Source: Eledone cirrhosa
Taxonomy: Eukaryota
Assembly: GCA_964016885.1 (NCBI GenBank)
Contig: CAXHJY010001477.1
Location: 778,315-842,314 of the forward strand
Direction of reading: 5' to 3'
DNA length: 64,000 nt
A program made the position numbers and the translations under genes. Below the pieces are notes generated by a model. The model made no database searches, was not told where the DNA came from, and saw only the letters and a list, made by a program, of their open reading frames with translations. Shown here one piece after another: positions 1-14,300 of the stretch (positions are counted from its first letter, which is position 1; each line of letters starts with the position of its first letter).

Positions 1-2653
1 TGTAGTGACATACCAAGAGACAGTACAGTACACAGTCACATATATACCCTGCTATTGTAGTGTGGTGACATACCAAGAGACAGTACAGTACACAGTCACA
101 TATATACCCTGCTATTGTAGTGTAGTGACATACCAAGAGACAGTACAGTACAGTACAGTCACATATATACCCTGCTTTTGTAGTGTAGTGACATACCAAG
201 AGACAGTACAGTACACTACACAGTCACATATATACCCTGCTATTGTAGTGTAGTGACATACGAAGAGACAGTACAGTACAGTACACAGTCACATATATAC
301 CCTGCTATTGTAGTGTAGTGACATACCAAGAGACAGTACAGTACACTACACAGTCACATATATACCCTACTATTGTAGTGTAGTGACATACCAAGAGACA
401 GTACAGTACAGTACAGTCACATATATACCCTGCTATTGTAGTGTAGTGACATACCAAGAGACAGTACAGTACACAGTCACATATATACCCTGCTATTGTA
501 GTGTAGTGACATACCAAGAGACAGTACAGTACAGTACAGTACACAGTCACATATATACCCTGCTATTGTAGTGTAGTGACATACTGAGAGACAGTACAGT
601 ACAGTACACAGTCACATATATACCCTGCTATTGTAGTGTAGTGACATACTGAGAGACAGTACAGTACAGTACACAGTCACATATATACCCTGCTATTGTA
701 GTGTAGTGACATACGAAGAGACAGTACAGTACAGTACACAGTCACATATATACCCTGCTATTGTAGTGTAGTGACATACCAAGAGACAGTACAGTACAGT
801 AGACAGTCACATATATAGCCTGCTATTGTAGTGTAGTGACATACCAAGAGACAGTACAGTACACTACACAGTCACATATATACCCTGCTATTGTAGTGTA
901 GTGACATACCAAGAGACAGTACAGTACAGTACAGTCACATATATACCCTGCTATTGTAGTGTAGTGACATACCAAGAGACAGTACAGTACACGGTCACAT
1001 ATATACCCTGCTTTTGTTATGTAGTGACATACCAAGAGACAGTACAGTACAGTACAGTCACATATATACCCTGCTATTGTAGTGTAGTGACATACCAAGA
1101 GACAGTACAGTACAGTACAGTACACAGTCACATATATACCCTGCTATTGTAGTGTAGTGACATACCAAGAGACAGTACAGTACAGTACACAGTCACATAT
1201 ATACCCTGCTATTGTAGTGTAGTGACATAACAAGAGACAGTACAGTACAGTACACAGTCACATATATACCATGCTATTGTAGTGTAGTGACATACCAAGA
1301 GACAGTACAGTACACAGTCACATATATACCCTGCTATTGTAAAGTAGTGACATACCAAGAGACAGTACAGTACAGTACAGTACACAGTCACATATAAACC
1401 CTGCTATTGTAGTGTAGTGACATACCAAGAGACAGTACAGTACACAGTCACATATATACCCTGCTATTGTAATGTAGTGACATACCAAGAGACAGTACAG
1501 TACAGTACACAGTCACATATATACCCTGCTATTGTAGTGTAGTGACATACCAAGAGACAGTACAGTACAATACACAGTCACATATATACCCTGCTGTTGT
1601 AGCGTAGTGACATACCAAGAGACAGTACAGTACACAGTCACATATATCCTCTGCTATTGTAATGTAGTGACATACCAAGAGACAGTACAGTACACAGTCA
1701 CATATATACCCTGCTATTGTAGTGTAGTGACATACCAAGAGAGAGTACAGTATAGTACAGTCACATATATACCCTGCTATTGTAGTGTAGTGACATACCA
1801 AGAGACAGTACAGTACACAGTTACATATATACCCTGCTATTGTAGTGTAGTGACATACCAAGAGACAGTACAGTACAGTCACATATATACCCTGCTATTG
1901 TAGTGTAGTGACATACCAAGAGACAGTACAGTACAGTACAGTACACAGTCACATATATACCCTGCTATTGTAGTGTAGTGACATACCAAGAGATAGTACA
2001 GTACAGTACGGTACAGTACACAGTCACATATATACCCTGCTATTGTAGTGTAGTGACATACCCAGAGAGAGTACAGTACACAGTCACATATATACCCTGC
2101 TAGTGTAGTGTAGTGACATACCAAGAGACAGTAGAGTACAGTACACAGTCACATATATACCCTGCTATTGTAGTGTAGTGTCATACCAAGAGATAGTACA
2201 GTACAGTACAGTACACAGTCACATATATACCCTGCTATTGTAGTGTAGTGACATACCAAGAGACAGTACAGTACAGTACAGTACAGTACACAGTCACATA
2301 TATACCCTGCTAGTGTAGTGTAGTGACATACCAAGAGACAGTAGAGTATAGTACACAGTCACATATATACCCTGCTATTGTAGTGTAGTGACATACCAAG
2401 AGACAGTACAGTACAGTACAGTCACATATATACCCTGCTATTGTAGTGTAGTGACATACCAAGAGACAGTACAGTACAGTACACAGTCCCATATATACCC
2501 TGCTATTGTAGTGTAGTGACATACCAAGAGACAGTACAGTACAGTCACATATATACCCTGCTATTGTAGTGTAGTGACATACCAAGAGACAGTACAGTAC
2601 AGTACACAGTCACATATATACCCTGCTATTGTAGTGTAGTGACATACCAAGAG

Positions 2654-5600
2654 ACAGTACAGTACAGTACACAGTCACATATATACCCTGCTATTGTAGT
2701 GTAGTGACATACCAAGTGATAGTACAGTACAGTACAGTACACAGTCACATATATACCCTGCTATTGTAGTGTAGTGACATACCAAGAGACAGTACAGTAC
2801 AGTACAGTCACATATATACCCTGCTATTTTAGTGTAGTGACATACCAGGAGACATTACAGTACACAGTCACATATATACCCTGCTATTGTAGTGTAGTGA
2901 CATACCAAGAGACAGTACAGTACACTACACAGTCACATATATACCCTGCTATTGTAGTGTAGTGACATACCAAGAGACAGTACAGTACACAGTCACATAT
3001 ATACCCTGCTATTGTAGTGTAGTGACATACCAAGAGACAGTACAGTACAGTACAGTCACATATATACCCTGCTATTGTAGTGTAGTGACATACCAAGAGA
3101 CAGTACAGTACAGTACAGTACACAGTCACATATATACCCTGCTATTGTAGTGTAGTGACATACCAAGAGATAGTACAGTACAGTACAGTACAGTACACAG
3201 TCACATATATACCCTGCTATTGTAGTGTAGTGACATACCAAGAGACAGTACAGTACAGTACACAGCCACATATATACCCTGCTATTGTAGTGTAGTGACA
3301 TACCAAGATACAGTACAGTACAGTCACATATATACCCTGCTATTGTAGTGTAGTGCCATACCAAGAGAGAGTACAGTACACAGTCACATATATACCCTGC
3401 TATTGTAGTGTAGTGACATACCAAGAGACAGTACAGTACACAGTCACATATATACCCTGCTATTGTAGTGTAGTGACATACCAAGAGACAGTACAGTACA
3501 GTACAGTACACAGTCACATATATACCCTGCTATTGTAGTGTAGTGACATACCAAGAGACAGTACAGTACAGTACAGTACACAGTCACATATATACCCTGC
3601 TATTGTTGTGTAGTGACATACCAAGAGACAGTACAGTACAGTACAGTACACAGTCACATATATACCCTGCTATTGTAGTGTAGTGACATACCAAGAGACA
3701 GTACAGTACATTACAGTACACAGTCACATATATACCCTGCTATTGTAGTGTAGTGACATACCAAGAGAGAGTACAGTACAGTACAGTCACATATATACCC
3801 TGCTATTGTAGTGTAGTGACATACCAAGAGAGAGTACAGTACACAGTCACATATATACCCTGCTATTGTAGTGTAGTGACATACCAAGAGACAGTACAGT
3901 ACAGTACACAGTCACATATATACCCTGCTATTGTAGTGTAGTGACATACCAAGAGACAGTACAGTACAGTACACAGTCACATATATACCCTGCTATTGTA
4001 GTGTAGTGACATACCAAGAGAGAGTACAGTACACAGTCACATATATACCCTGCTATTGTAGTGTAGTGACATACCAAGAGACAGTACAGTACAGTACTGT
4101 ACACAGTCACATATATACCTTGCTATTGTAGTGTAGTAACATACCAAGAGACAGTACAGTACACAGTCACATATATACCCTGCTATTGTAGTGTAGTGAC
4201 ATACCAAGAGACAGTACAGTACAGTCACATACATATCCTGCTATTGTAATGTAGTGATATACCAAGAAACAGTACAGTACAGTACACAGTCACATATATA
4301 CCCTGCTATTGTAGTGTAGTGACATACCAAGTGATAGTACAGTACAGTACAGTACACAGTCACATATATACCCTGCTATTGTAGTGTAGTGACATACCAA
4401 GAGACAGTACAGTACAGTACAGTCACATATATACCCTGCTATTTTAGTGTAGTGACATACCAGGAGACATTACAGTACACAGTCACATATATACCCTGCT
4501 ATTGTAGTGTAGTGACATACCAAGAGACAGTACAGTACACTACACAGTCACATATATACCCTGCTATTGTAGTGTAGTGACATACCAAGAGACAGTACAG
4601 TACACAGTCACATATATACCCTGCTATTGTAGTGTAGTGACATACCAAGAGACAGTACAGTACAGTACAGTCACATATATACCCTGCTATTGTAGTGTAG
4701 TGACATACCAAGAGACAGTACAGTACAGTACAGTACACAGTCACATATATACCCTGCTATTGTAGTGTAGTGACATACCAAGAGATAGTACAGTACAGTA
4801 CAGTACAGTACACAGTCACATATATACCCTGCTATTGTAGTGTAGTGACATACCAAGAGACAGTACAGTACAGTACACAGCCACATATATACCCTGCTAT
4901 TGTAGTGTAGTGACATACCAAGATACAGTACAGTACAGTCACATATATACCCTGCTATTGTAGTGTAGTGCCATACCAAGAGAGAGTACAGTACACAGTC
5001 ACATATATACCCTGCTATTGTAGTGTAGTGACATACCAAGAGACAGTACAGTACACAGTCACATATATACCCTGCTATTGTAGTGTAGTGACATACCAAG
5101 AGACAGTACAGTACAGTACAGTACACAGTCACATATATACCCTGCTATTGTAGTGTAGTGACATACCAAGAGACAGTACAGTACAGTACAGTACACAGTC
5201 ACATATATACCCTGCTATTGTTGTGTAGTGACATACCAAGAGACAGTACAGTACAGTACAGTACACAGTCACATATATACCCTGCTATTGTAGTGTAGTG
5301 ACATACCAAGAGACAGTACAGTACATTACAGTACACAGTCACATATATACCCTGCTATTGTAGTGTAGTGACATACCAAGAGAGAGTACAGTACAGTACA
5401 GTCACATATATACCCTGCTATTGTAGTGTAGTGACATACCAAGAGAGAGTACAGTACACAGTCACATATATACCCTGCTATTGTAGTGTAGTGACATACC
5501 AAGAGACAGTACAGTACAGTACACAGTCACATATATACCCTGCTATTGTAGTGTAGTGACATACCAAGAGACAGTACAGTACAGTACACAGTCACATATA

Positions 5601-5935
5601 TACCCTGCTATTGTAGTGTAGTGACATACCAAGAGAGAGTACAGTACACAGTCACATATATACCCTGCTATTGTAGTGTAGTGACATACCAAGAGACAGT
5701 ACAGTACAGTACTGTACACAGTCACATATATACCTTGCTATTGTAGTGTAGTAACATACCAAGAGACAGTACAGTACACAGTCACATATATACCCTGCTA
5801 TTGTAGTGTAGTGACATACCAAGAGACAGTACAGTACAGTCACATACATATCCTGCTATTGTAATGTAGTGACATACCAAGAAACAGTACAGTACAGTAC
5901 ACAGTCACATATATACCCTGCTATTGTAGTGTAGT
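2654..5935. repeat. 1615-bp direct tandem duplication (about 25 monomers)
   Basis: Marker AAGTGATAG at 2717 and 4332; ORF pairs 2774/4389, 3056/4671 and 3753/5368 are all offset by 1615. Bounded by mismatches at 2653/4268 and 4321/5936. Confidence 0.93.
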
Positions 5936-8330
5936 CACATACCAAGAGACAGTACAGTACAGTACAGTACACAGTCACATATATACCCTGCTATTGTAGT
6001 GTAGTGACATACCAAGAGACAGTACAGTACAGTACACAGTCACATATATACCCTGCTATTGTAGTGTAGTGACATACCAAGAGACAGTACAGTACAGTAC
6101 AGTACACAGTCACATATATACCCTGCTATTGTAGTGTAGTGACATACCAAGAGACAGTACAGTACGGTACACAGTCACATATATACCCTGCTATTGTAGT
6201 GTAGGGACATACCAAGAGACAGTACAGTACAGTACACAGTCACATATATACCCTGCTATTGTAGTGTAGTGACATACCAAGAGAGAGTACAGTACACAGT
6301 CACATATATACCCTGCTATTGTAGTGTAGTGACATACCAAGAGACAGTACAGTACAGTACACAGTCACATATATACCCTGCTGTTGTGTAGTGACATACC
6401 AAGAGACAGTACAGTACAGTACAGTACACAGTCACATATATACCCTGCTATTGTAGTGTAGTGACATACCAAGAGACAGTACAGTACACAGACACATATA
6501 TACCCTGCTATTGTAGTGTAGTGACATACCAAGAGACAGTACAGTACAGTACAGTACAGTACACAGTCACATATATACCCTGCTAGTGTAGTGTAGTGAC
6601 ATACCAAGAGACAGTAGAGTACAGTACACAGTCACATATATACCCTGCTATTGTAGTGTAGTGTCATACCAAGAGATAGTACAGTACAGTACACAGTCAC
6701 ATATATACCCTGCTATTGTAGTGTAGTGACATACCAAGAGACAGTACAGTACAGTACAGTACAGTACACAGTCACATATATACCCTGCTAGTGTAGTGTA
6801 GTGACATACCAAGAGACAGTACAGTACGGTACACAGTCACATATATACCCTGCTAGTGTAGTGTAGTGACATACCAAGAGACAGTACAGTACAGTACAGT
6901 CACATATATACCCTGCTATTGTAGTGTAGTGCCATACCAAGAGAGAGTACAGTACACAGTCACATATATACCCTGCTATTGTAGTGTAGTGACATACCAA
7001 GAGACAGTACAGTACACAGTCACATATATACCCTGCTATTGTAGTGTAGTGACATACCAAGAGACAGTACAGTACAGTACAGTACACAGTCACATATATA
7101 CCCTGCTATTGTAGTGTAGTGACATACCAAGAGACAGTACAGTACAGTACAGTACACAGTCACATATATACCCTGCTATTGTTGTGTAGTGACATACCAA
7201 GAGACAGTACAGTACAGTACAGTACACAGTCACATATATACCCTGCTATTGTAGTGTAGTGACATACCAAGAGACAGTACAGTACATTACAGTACACAGT
7301 CACATATATACCCTGCTATTGTAGTGTAGTGACATACCAAGAGAGAGTACAGTACAGTACAGTCACATATATACCCTGCTATTGTAGTGTAGTGACATAC
7401 CAAGAGAGAGTACAGTACACAGTCACATATATACCCTGCTATTGTAGTGTAGTGACATACCAAGAGACAGTACAGTACAGTACACAGTCACATATATACC
7501 CTGCTATTGTAGTGTAGTGACATACCAAGAGACAGTACAGTACAGTACACAGTCACATATATACCCTGCTATTGTAGTGTAGTGACATACCAAGAGAGAG
7601 TACAGTACACAGTCACATATATACCCTGCTATTGTAGTGTAGTGACATACCAAGAGACAGTACAGTACAGTACTGTACACAGTCACATATATACCTTGCT
7701 ATTGTAGTGTAGTAACATACCAAGAGACAGTACAGTACACAGTCACATATATACCCTGCTATTGTAGTGTAGTGACATACCAAGAGACAGTACAGTACAG
7801 TCACATATATATCCTGCTATTGTAATGTAGTGACATACCAAGAAACAGTACAGTACAGTACACACATATACCCTGCTATTGTAGTGTAGTCACATACCAA
7901 GAGACAGTACAGTACAGTACACAGTCACATATATACCCTGCTATTGTAGTGTAGTGACATACCAAGAGACAGTACAGTACAGTACACAGTCACATATATA
8001 CCCTGCTATTGTAGTGTAGTGACATACCAAGAGACAGTACAGTACAGTACAGTACACAGTCACATATATACCCTGCTATTGTAGTGTAGTGACATACCAA
8101 GAGACAGTACAGTACGGTACACAGTCACATATATACCCTGCTATTGTAGTGTAGGGACATACCAAGAGACAGTACAGTACAGTACACAGTCACATATATA
8201 CCCTGCTATTGTAGTGTAGTGACATACCAAGAGAGAGTACAGTAGACAGTCACATATATACCCTGCTATTGTAGTGTAGTAACATACCAAGAGACAGTAC
8301 AGTACAGTACACAGTCACATATATACCCTG
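4930..8330. repeat. Older duplication with 1961-bp offset inside the 6782-bp unit (repeated in the second copy at ~11710-15110)
   Basis: Marker GTGCCATA at 4971 and 6932; ORFs 5368/7329 and 5543/7504 are offset by 1961. The variant order TTGTTG, TACATTAC, TACTGTAC, GTAACATA, AAGAAAC, GTAGGGAC is repeated. Boundaries are approximate. Confidence 0.85.
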
Positions 8331-11300
8331 CTGTTGTAGTGTAGTGACATACCAAGAGACAGTACAGTACAGTAACATATATACCCTGCTATTGTAGTGT
8401 AGTGACATACCAAGAGACAGTACAGTACACAGTCACATATATACCCTGCTATTGTAGTGTGGTGACATACCAAGAGACAGTACAGTACACAGTCACATAT
8501 ATACCCTGCTATTGTAGTGTAGTGACATACCAAGAGACAGTACAGTACAGTACAGTCACATATATACCCTGCTTTTGTAGTGTAGTGACATACCAAGAGA
8601 CAGTACAGTACACTACACAGTCACATATATACCCTGCTATTGTAGTGTAGTGACATACGAAGAGACAGTACAGTACAGTACACAGTCACATATATACCCT
8701 GCTATTGTAGTGTAGTGACATACCAAGAGACAGTACAGTACACTACACAGTCACATATATACCCTACTATTGTAGTGTAGTGACATACCAAGAGACAGTA
8801 CAGTACAGTACAGTCACATATATACCCTGCTATTGTAGTGTAGTGACATACCAAGAGACAGTACAGTACACAGTCACATATATACCCTGCTATTGTAGTG
8901 TAGTGACATACCAAGAGACAGTACAGTACAGTACAGTACACAGTCACATATATACCCTGCTATTGTAGTGTAGTGACATACTGAGAGACAGTACAGTACA
9001 GTACACAGTCACATATATACCCTGCTATTGTAGTGTAGTGACATACTGAGAGACAGTACAGTACAGTACACAGTCACATATATACCCTGCTATTGTAGTG
9101 TAGTGACATACGAAGAGACAGTACAGTACAGTACACAGTCACATATATACCCTGCTATTGTAGTGTAGTGACATACCAAGAGACAGTACAGTACAGTAGA
9201 CAGTCACATATATAGCCTGCTATTGTAGTGTAGTGACATACCAAGAGACAGTACAGTACACTACACAGTCACATATATACCCTGCTATTGTAGTGTAGTG
9301 ACATACCAAGAGACAGTACAGTACAGTACAGTCACATATATACCCTGCTATTGTAGTGTAGTGACATACCAAGAGACAGTACAGTACACGGTCACATATA
9401 TACCCTGCTTTTGTTATGTAGTGACATACCAAGAGACAGTACAGTACAGTACAGTCACATATATACCCTGCTATTGTAGTGTAGTGACATACCAAGAGAC
9501 AGTACAGTACAGTACAGTACACAGTCACATATATACCCTGCTATTGTAGTGTAGTGACATACCAAGAGACAGTACAGTACAGTACACAGTCACATATATA
9601 CCCTGCTATTGTAGTGTAGTGACATAACAAGAGACAGTACAGTACAGTACACAGTCACATATATACCATGCTATTGTAGTGTAGTGACATACCAAGAGAC
9701 AGTACAGTACACAGTCACATATATACCCTGCTATTGTAAAGTAGTGACATACCAAGAGACAGTACAGTACAGTACAGTACACAGTCACATATAAACCCTG
9801 CTATTGTAGTGTAGTGACATACCAAGAGACAGTACAGTACACAGTCACATATATACCCTGCTATTGTAATGTAGTGACATACCAAGAGACAGTACAGTAC
9901 AGTACACAGTCACATATATACCCTGCTATTGTAGTGTAGTGACATACCAAGAGACAGTACAGTACAATACACAGTCACATATATACCCTGCTGTTGTAGC
10001 GTAGTGACATACCAAGAGACAGTACAGTACACAGTCACATATATCCTCTGCTATTGTAATGTAGTGACATACCAAGAGACAGTACAGTACACAGTCACAT
10101 ATATACCCTGCTATTGTAGTGTAGTGACATACCAAGAGAGAGTACAGTATAGTACAGTCACATATATACCCTGCTATTGTAGTGTAGTGACATACCAAGA
10201 GACAGTACAGTACACAGTTACATATATACCCTGCTATTGTAGTGTAGTGACATACCAAGAGACAGTACAGTACAGTCACATATATACCCTGCTATTGTAG
10301 TGTAGTGACATACCAAGAGACAGTACAGTACAGTACAGTACACAGTCACATATATACCCTGCTATTGTAGTGTAGTGACATACCAAGAGATAGTACAGTA
10401 CAGTACGGTACAGTACACAGTCACATATATACCCTGCTATTGTAGTGTAGTGACATACCCAGAGAGAGTACAGTACACAGTCACATATATACCCTGCTAG
10501 TGTAGTGTAGTGACATACCAAGAGACAGTAGAGTACAGTACACAGTCACATATATACCCTGCTATTGTAGTGTAGTGTCATACCAAGAGATAGTACAGTA
10601 CAGTACAGTACACAGTCACATATATACCCTGCTATTGTAGTGTAGTGACATACCAAGAGACAGTACAGTACAGTACAGTACAGTACACAGTCACATATAT
10701 ACCCTGCTAGTGTAGTGTAGTGACATACCAAGAGACAGTAGAGTATAGTACACAGTCACATATATACCCTGCTATTGTAGTGTAGTGACATACCAAGAGA
10801 CAGTACAGTACAGTACAGTCACATATATACCCTGCTATTGTAGTGTAGTGACATACCAAGAGACAGTACAGTACAGTACACAGTCCCATATATACCCTGC
10901 TATTGTAGTGTAGTGACATACCAAGAGACAGTACAGTACAGTCACATATATACCCTGCTATTGTAGTGTAGTGACATACCAAGAGACAGTACAGTACAGT
11001 ACACAGTCACATATATACCCTGCTATTGTAGTGTAGTGACATACCAAGAGACAGTACAGTACAGTACACAGTCACATATATACCCTGCTATTGTAGTGTA
11101 GTGACATACCAAGTGATAGTACAGTACAGTACAGTACACAGTCACATATATACCCTGCTATTGTAGTGTAGTGACATACCAAGAGACAGTACAGTACAGT
11201 ACAGTCACATATATACCCTGCTATTTTAGTGTAGTGACATACCAGGAGACATTACAGTACACAGTCACATATATACCCTGCTATTGTAGTGTAGTGACAT

Positions 11301-14300
11301 ACCAAGAGACAGTACAGTACACTACACAGTCACATATATACCCTGCTATTGTAGTGTAGTGACATACCAAGAGACAGTACAGTACACAGTCACATATATA
11401 CCCTGCTATTGTAGTGTAGTGACATACCAAGAGACAGTACAGTACAGTACAGTCACATATATACCCTGCTATTGTAGTGTAGTGACATACCAAGAGACAG
11501 TACAGTACAGTACAGTACACAGTCACATATATACCCTGCTATTGTAGTGTAGTGACATACCAAGAGATAGTACAGTACAGTACAGTACAGTACACAGTCA
11601 CATATATACCCTGCTATTGTAGTGTAGTGACATACCAAGAGACAGTACAGTACAGTACACAGCCACATATATACCCTGCTATTGTAGTGTAGTGACATAC
11701 CAAGATACAGTACAGTACAGTCACATATATACCCTGCTATTGTAGTGTAGTGCCATACCAAGAGAGAGTACAGTACACAGTCACATATATACCCTGCTAT
11801 TGTAGTGTAGTGACATACCAAGAGACAGTACAGTACACAGTCACATATATACCCTGCTATTGTAGTGTAGTGACATACCAAGAGACAGTACAGTACAGTA
11901 CAGTACACAGTCACATATATACCCTGCTATTGTAGTGTAGTGACATACCAAGAGACAGTACAGTACAGTACAGTACACAGTCACATATATACCCTGCTAT
12001 TGTTGTGTAGTGACATACCAAGAGACAGTACAGTACAGTACAGTACACAGTCACATATATACCCTGCTATTGTAGTGTAGTGACATACCAAGAGACAGTA
12101 CAGTACATTACAGTACACAGTCACATATATACCCTGCTATTGTAGTGTAGTGACATACCAAGAGAGAGTACAGTACAGTACAGTCACATATATACCCTGC
12201 TATTGTAGTGTAGTGACATACCAAGAGAGAGTACAGTACACAGTCACATATATACCCTGCTATTGTAGTGTAGTGACATACCAAGAGACAGTACAGTACA
12301 GTACACAGTCACATATATACCCTGCTATTGTAGTGTAGTGACATACCAAGAGACAGTACAGTACAGTACACAGTCACATATATACCCTGCTATTGTAGTG
12401 TAGTGACATACCAAGAGAGAGTACAGTACACAGTCACATATATACCCTGCTATTGTAGTGTAGTGACATACCAAGAGACAGTACAGTACAGTACTGTACA
12501 CAGTCACATATATACCTTGCTATTGTAGTGTAGTAACATACCAAGAGACAGTACAGTACACAGTCACATATATACCCTGCTATTGTAGTGTAGTGACATA
12601 CCAAGAGACAGTACAGTACAGTCACATACATATCCTGCTATTGTAATGTAGTGACATACCAAGAAACAGTACAGTACAGTACACAGTCACATATATACCC
12701 TGCTATTGTAGTGTAGTCACATACCAAGAGACAGTACAGTACAGTACAGTACACAGTCACATATATACCCTGCTATTGTAGTGTAGTGACATACCAAGAG
12801 ACAGTACAGTACAGTACACAGTCACATATATACCCTGCTATTGTAGTGTAGTGACATACCAAGAGACAGTACAGTACAGTACAGTACACAGTCACATATA
12901 TACCCTGCTATTGTAGTGTAGTGACATACCAAGAGACAGTACAGTACGGTACACAGTCACATATATACCCTGCTATTGTAGTGTAGGGACATACCAAGAG
13001 ACAGTACAGTACAGTACACAGTCACATATATACCCTGCTATTGTAGTGTAGTGACATACCAAGAGAGAGTACAGTACACAGTCACATATATACCCTGCTA
13101 TTGTAGTGTAGTGACATACCAAGAGACAGTACAGTACAGTACACAGTCACATATATACCCTGCTGTTGTGTAGTGACATACCAAGAGACAGTACAGTACA
13201 GTACAGTACACAGTCACATATATACCCTGCTATTGTAGTGTAGTGACATACCAAGAGACAGTACAGTACACAGACACATATATACCCTGCTATTGTAGTG
13301 TAGTGACATACCAAGAGACAGTACAGTACAGTACAGTACAGTACACAGTCACATATATACCCTGCTAGTGTAGTGTAGTGACATACCAAGAGACAGTAGA
13401 GTACAGTACACAGTCACATATATACCCTGCTATTGTAGTGTAGTGTCATACCAAGAGATAGTACAGTACAGTACACAGTCACATATATACCCTGCTATTG
13501 TAGTGTAGTGACATACCAAGAGACAGTACAGTACAGTACAGTACAGTACACAGTCACATATATACCCTGCTAGTGTAGTGTAGTGACATACCAAGAGACA
13601 GTACAGTACGGTACACAGTCACATATATACCCTGCTAGTGTAGTGTAGTGACATACCAAGAGACAGTACAGTACAGTACAGTCACATATATACCCTGCTA
13701 TTGTAGTGTAGTGCCATACCAAGAGAGAGTACAGTACACAGTCACATATATACCCTGCTATTGTAGTGTAGTGACATACCAAGAGACAGTACAGTACACA
13801 GTCACATATATACCCTGCTATTGTAGTGTAGTGACATACCAAGAGACAGTACAGTACAGTACAGTACACAGTCACATATATACCCTGCTATTGTAGTGTA
13901 GTGACATACCAAGAGACAGTACAGTACAGTACAGTACACAGTCACATATATACCCTGCTATTGTTGTGTAGTGACATACCAAGAGACAGTACAGTACAGT
14001 ACAGTACACAGTCACATATATACCCTGCTATTGTAGTGTAGTGACATACCAAGAGACAGTACAGTACATTACAGTACACAGTCACATATATACCCTGCTA
14101 TTGTAGTGTAGTGACATACCAAGAGAGAGTACAGTACAGTACAGTCACATATATACCCTGCTATTGTAGTGTAGTGACATACCAAGAGAGAGTACAGTAC
14201 ACAGTCACATATATACCCTGCTATTGTAGTGTAGTGACATACCAAGAGACAGTACAGTACAGTACACAGTCACATATATACCCTGCTATTGTAGTGTAGT

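Noticed and set aside
38-50. TATA-like element CATATATACCC in each monomer
   Set aside because: It is a short AT run inside a satellite with no downstream gene, so there is no basis for a promoter call.
31-68. CACAGT(C/G) resembling the V(D)J RSS heptamer CACAGTG
   Set aside because: The consensus is CACAGTC and the exact heptamer occurs only in a minority variant. No ACAAAAACC-like nonamer lies at 12 or 23 bp spacing, and there are no gene segments.
212-222. CACTA motif and TAGTG (CACTA-transposon termini)
   Set aside because: These are 5-bp matches arising from a single G>C variant of CAGTA. No terminal inverted repeats, target-site duplication or transposase are present.
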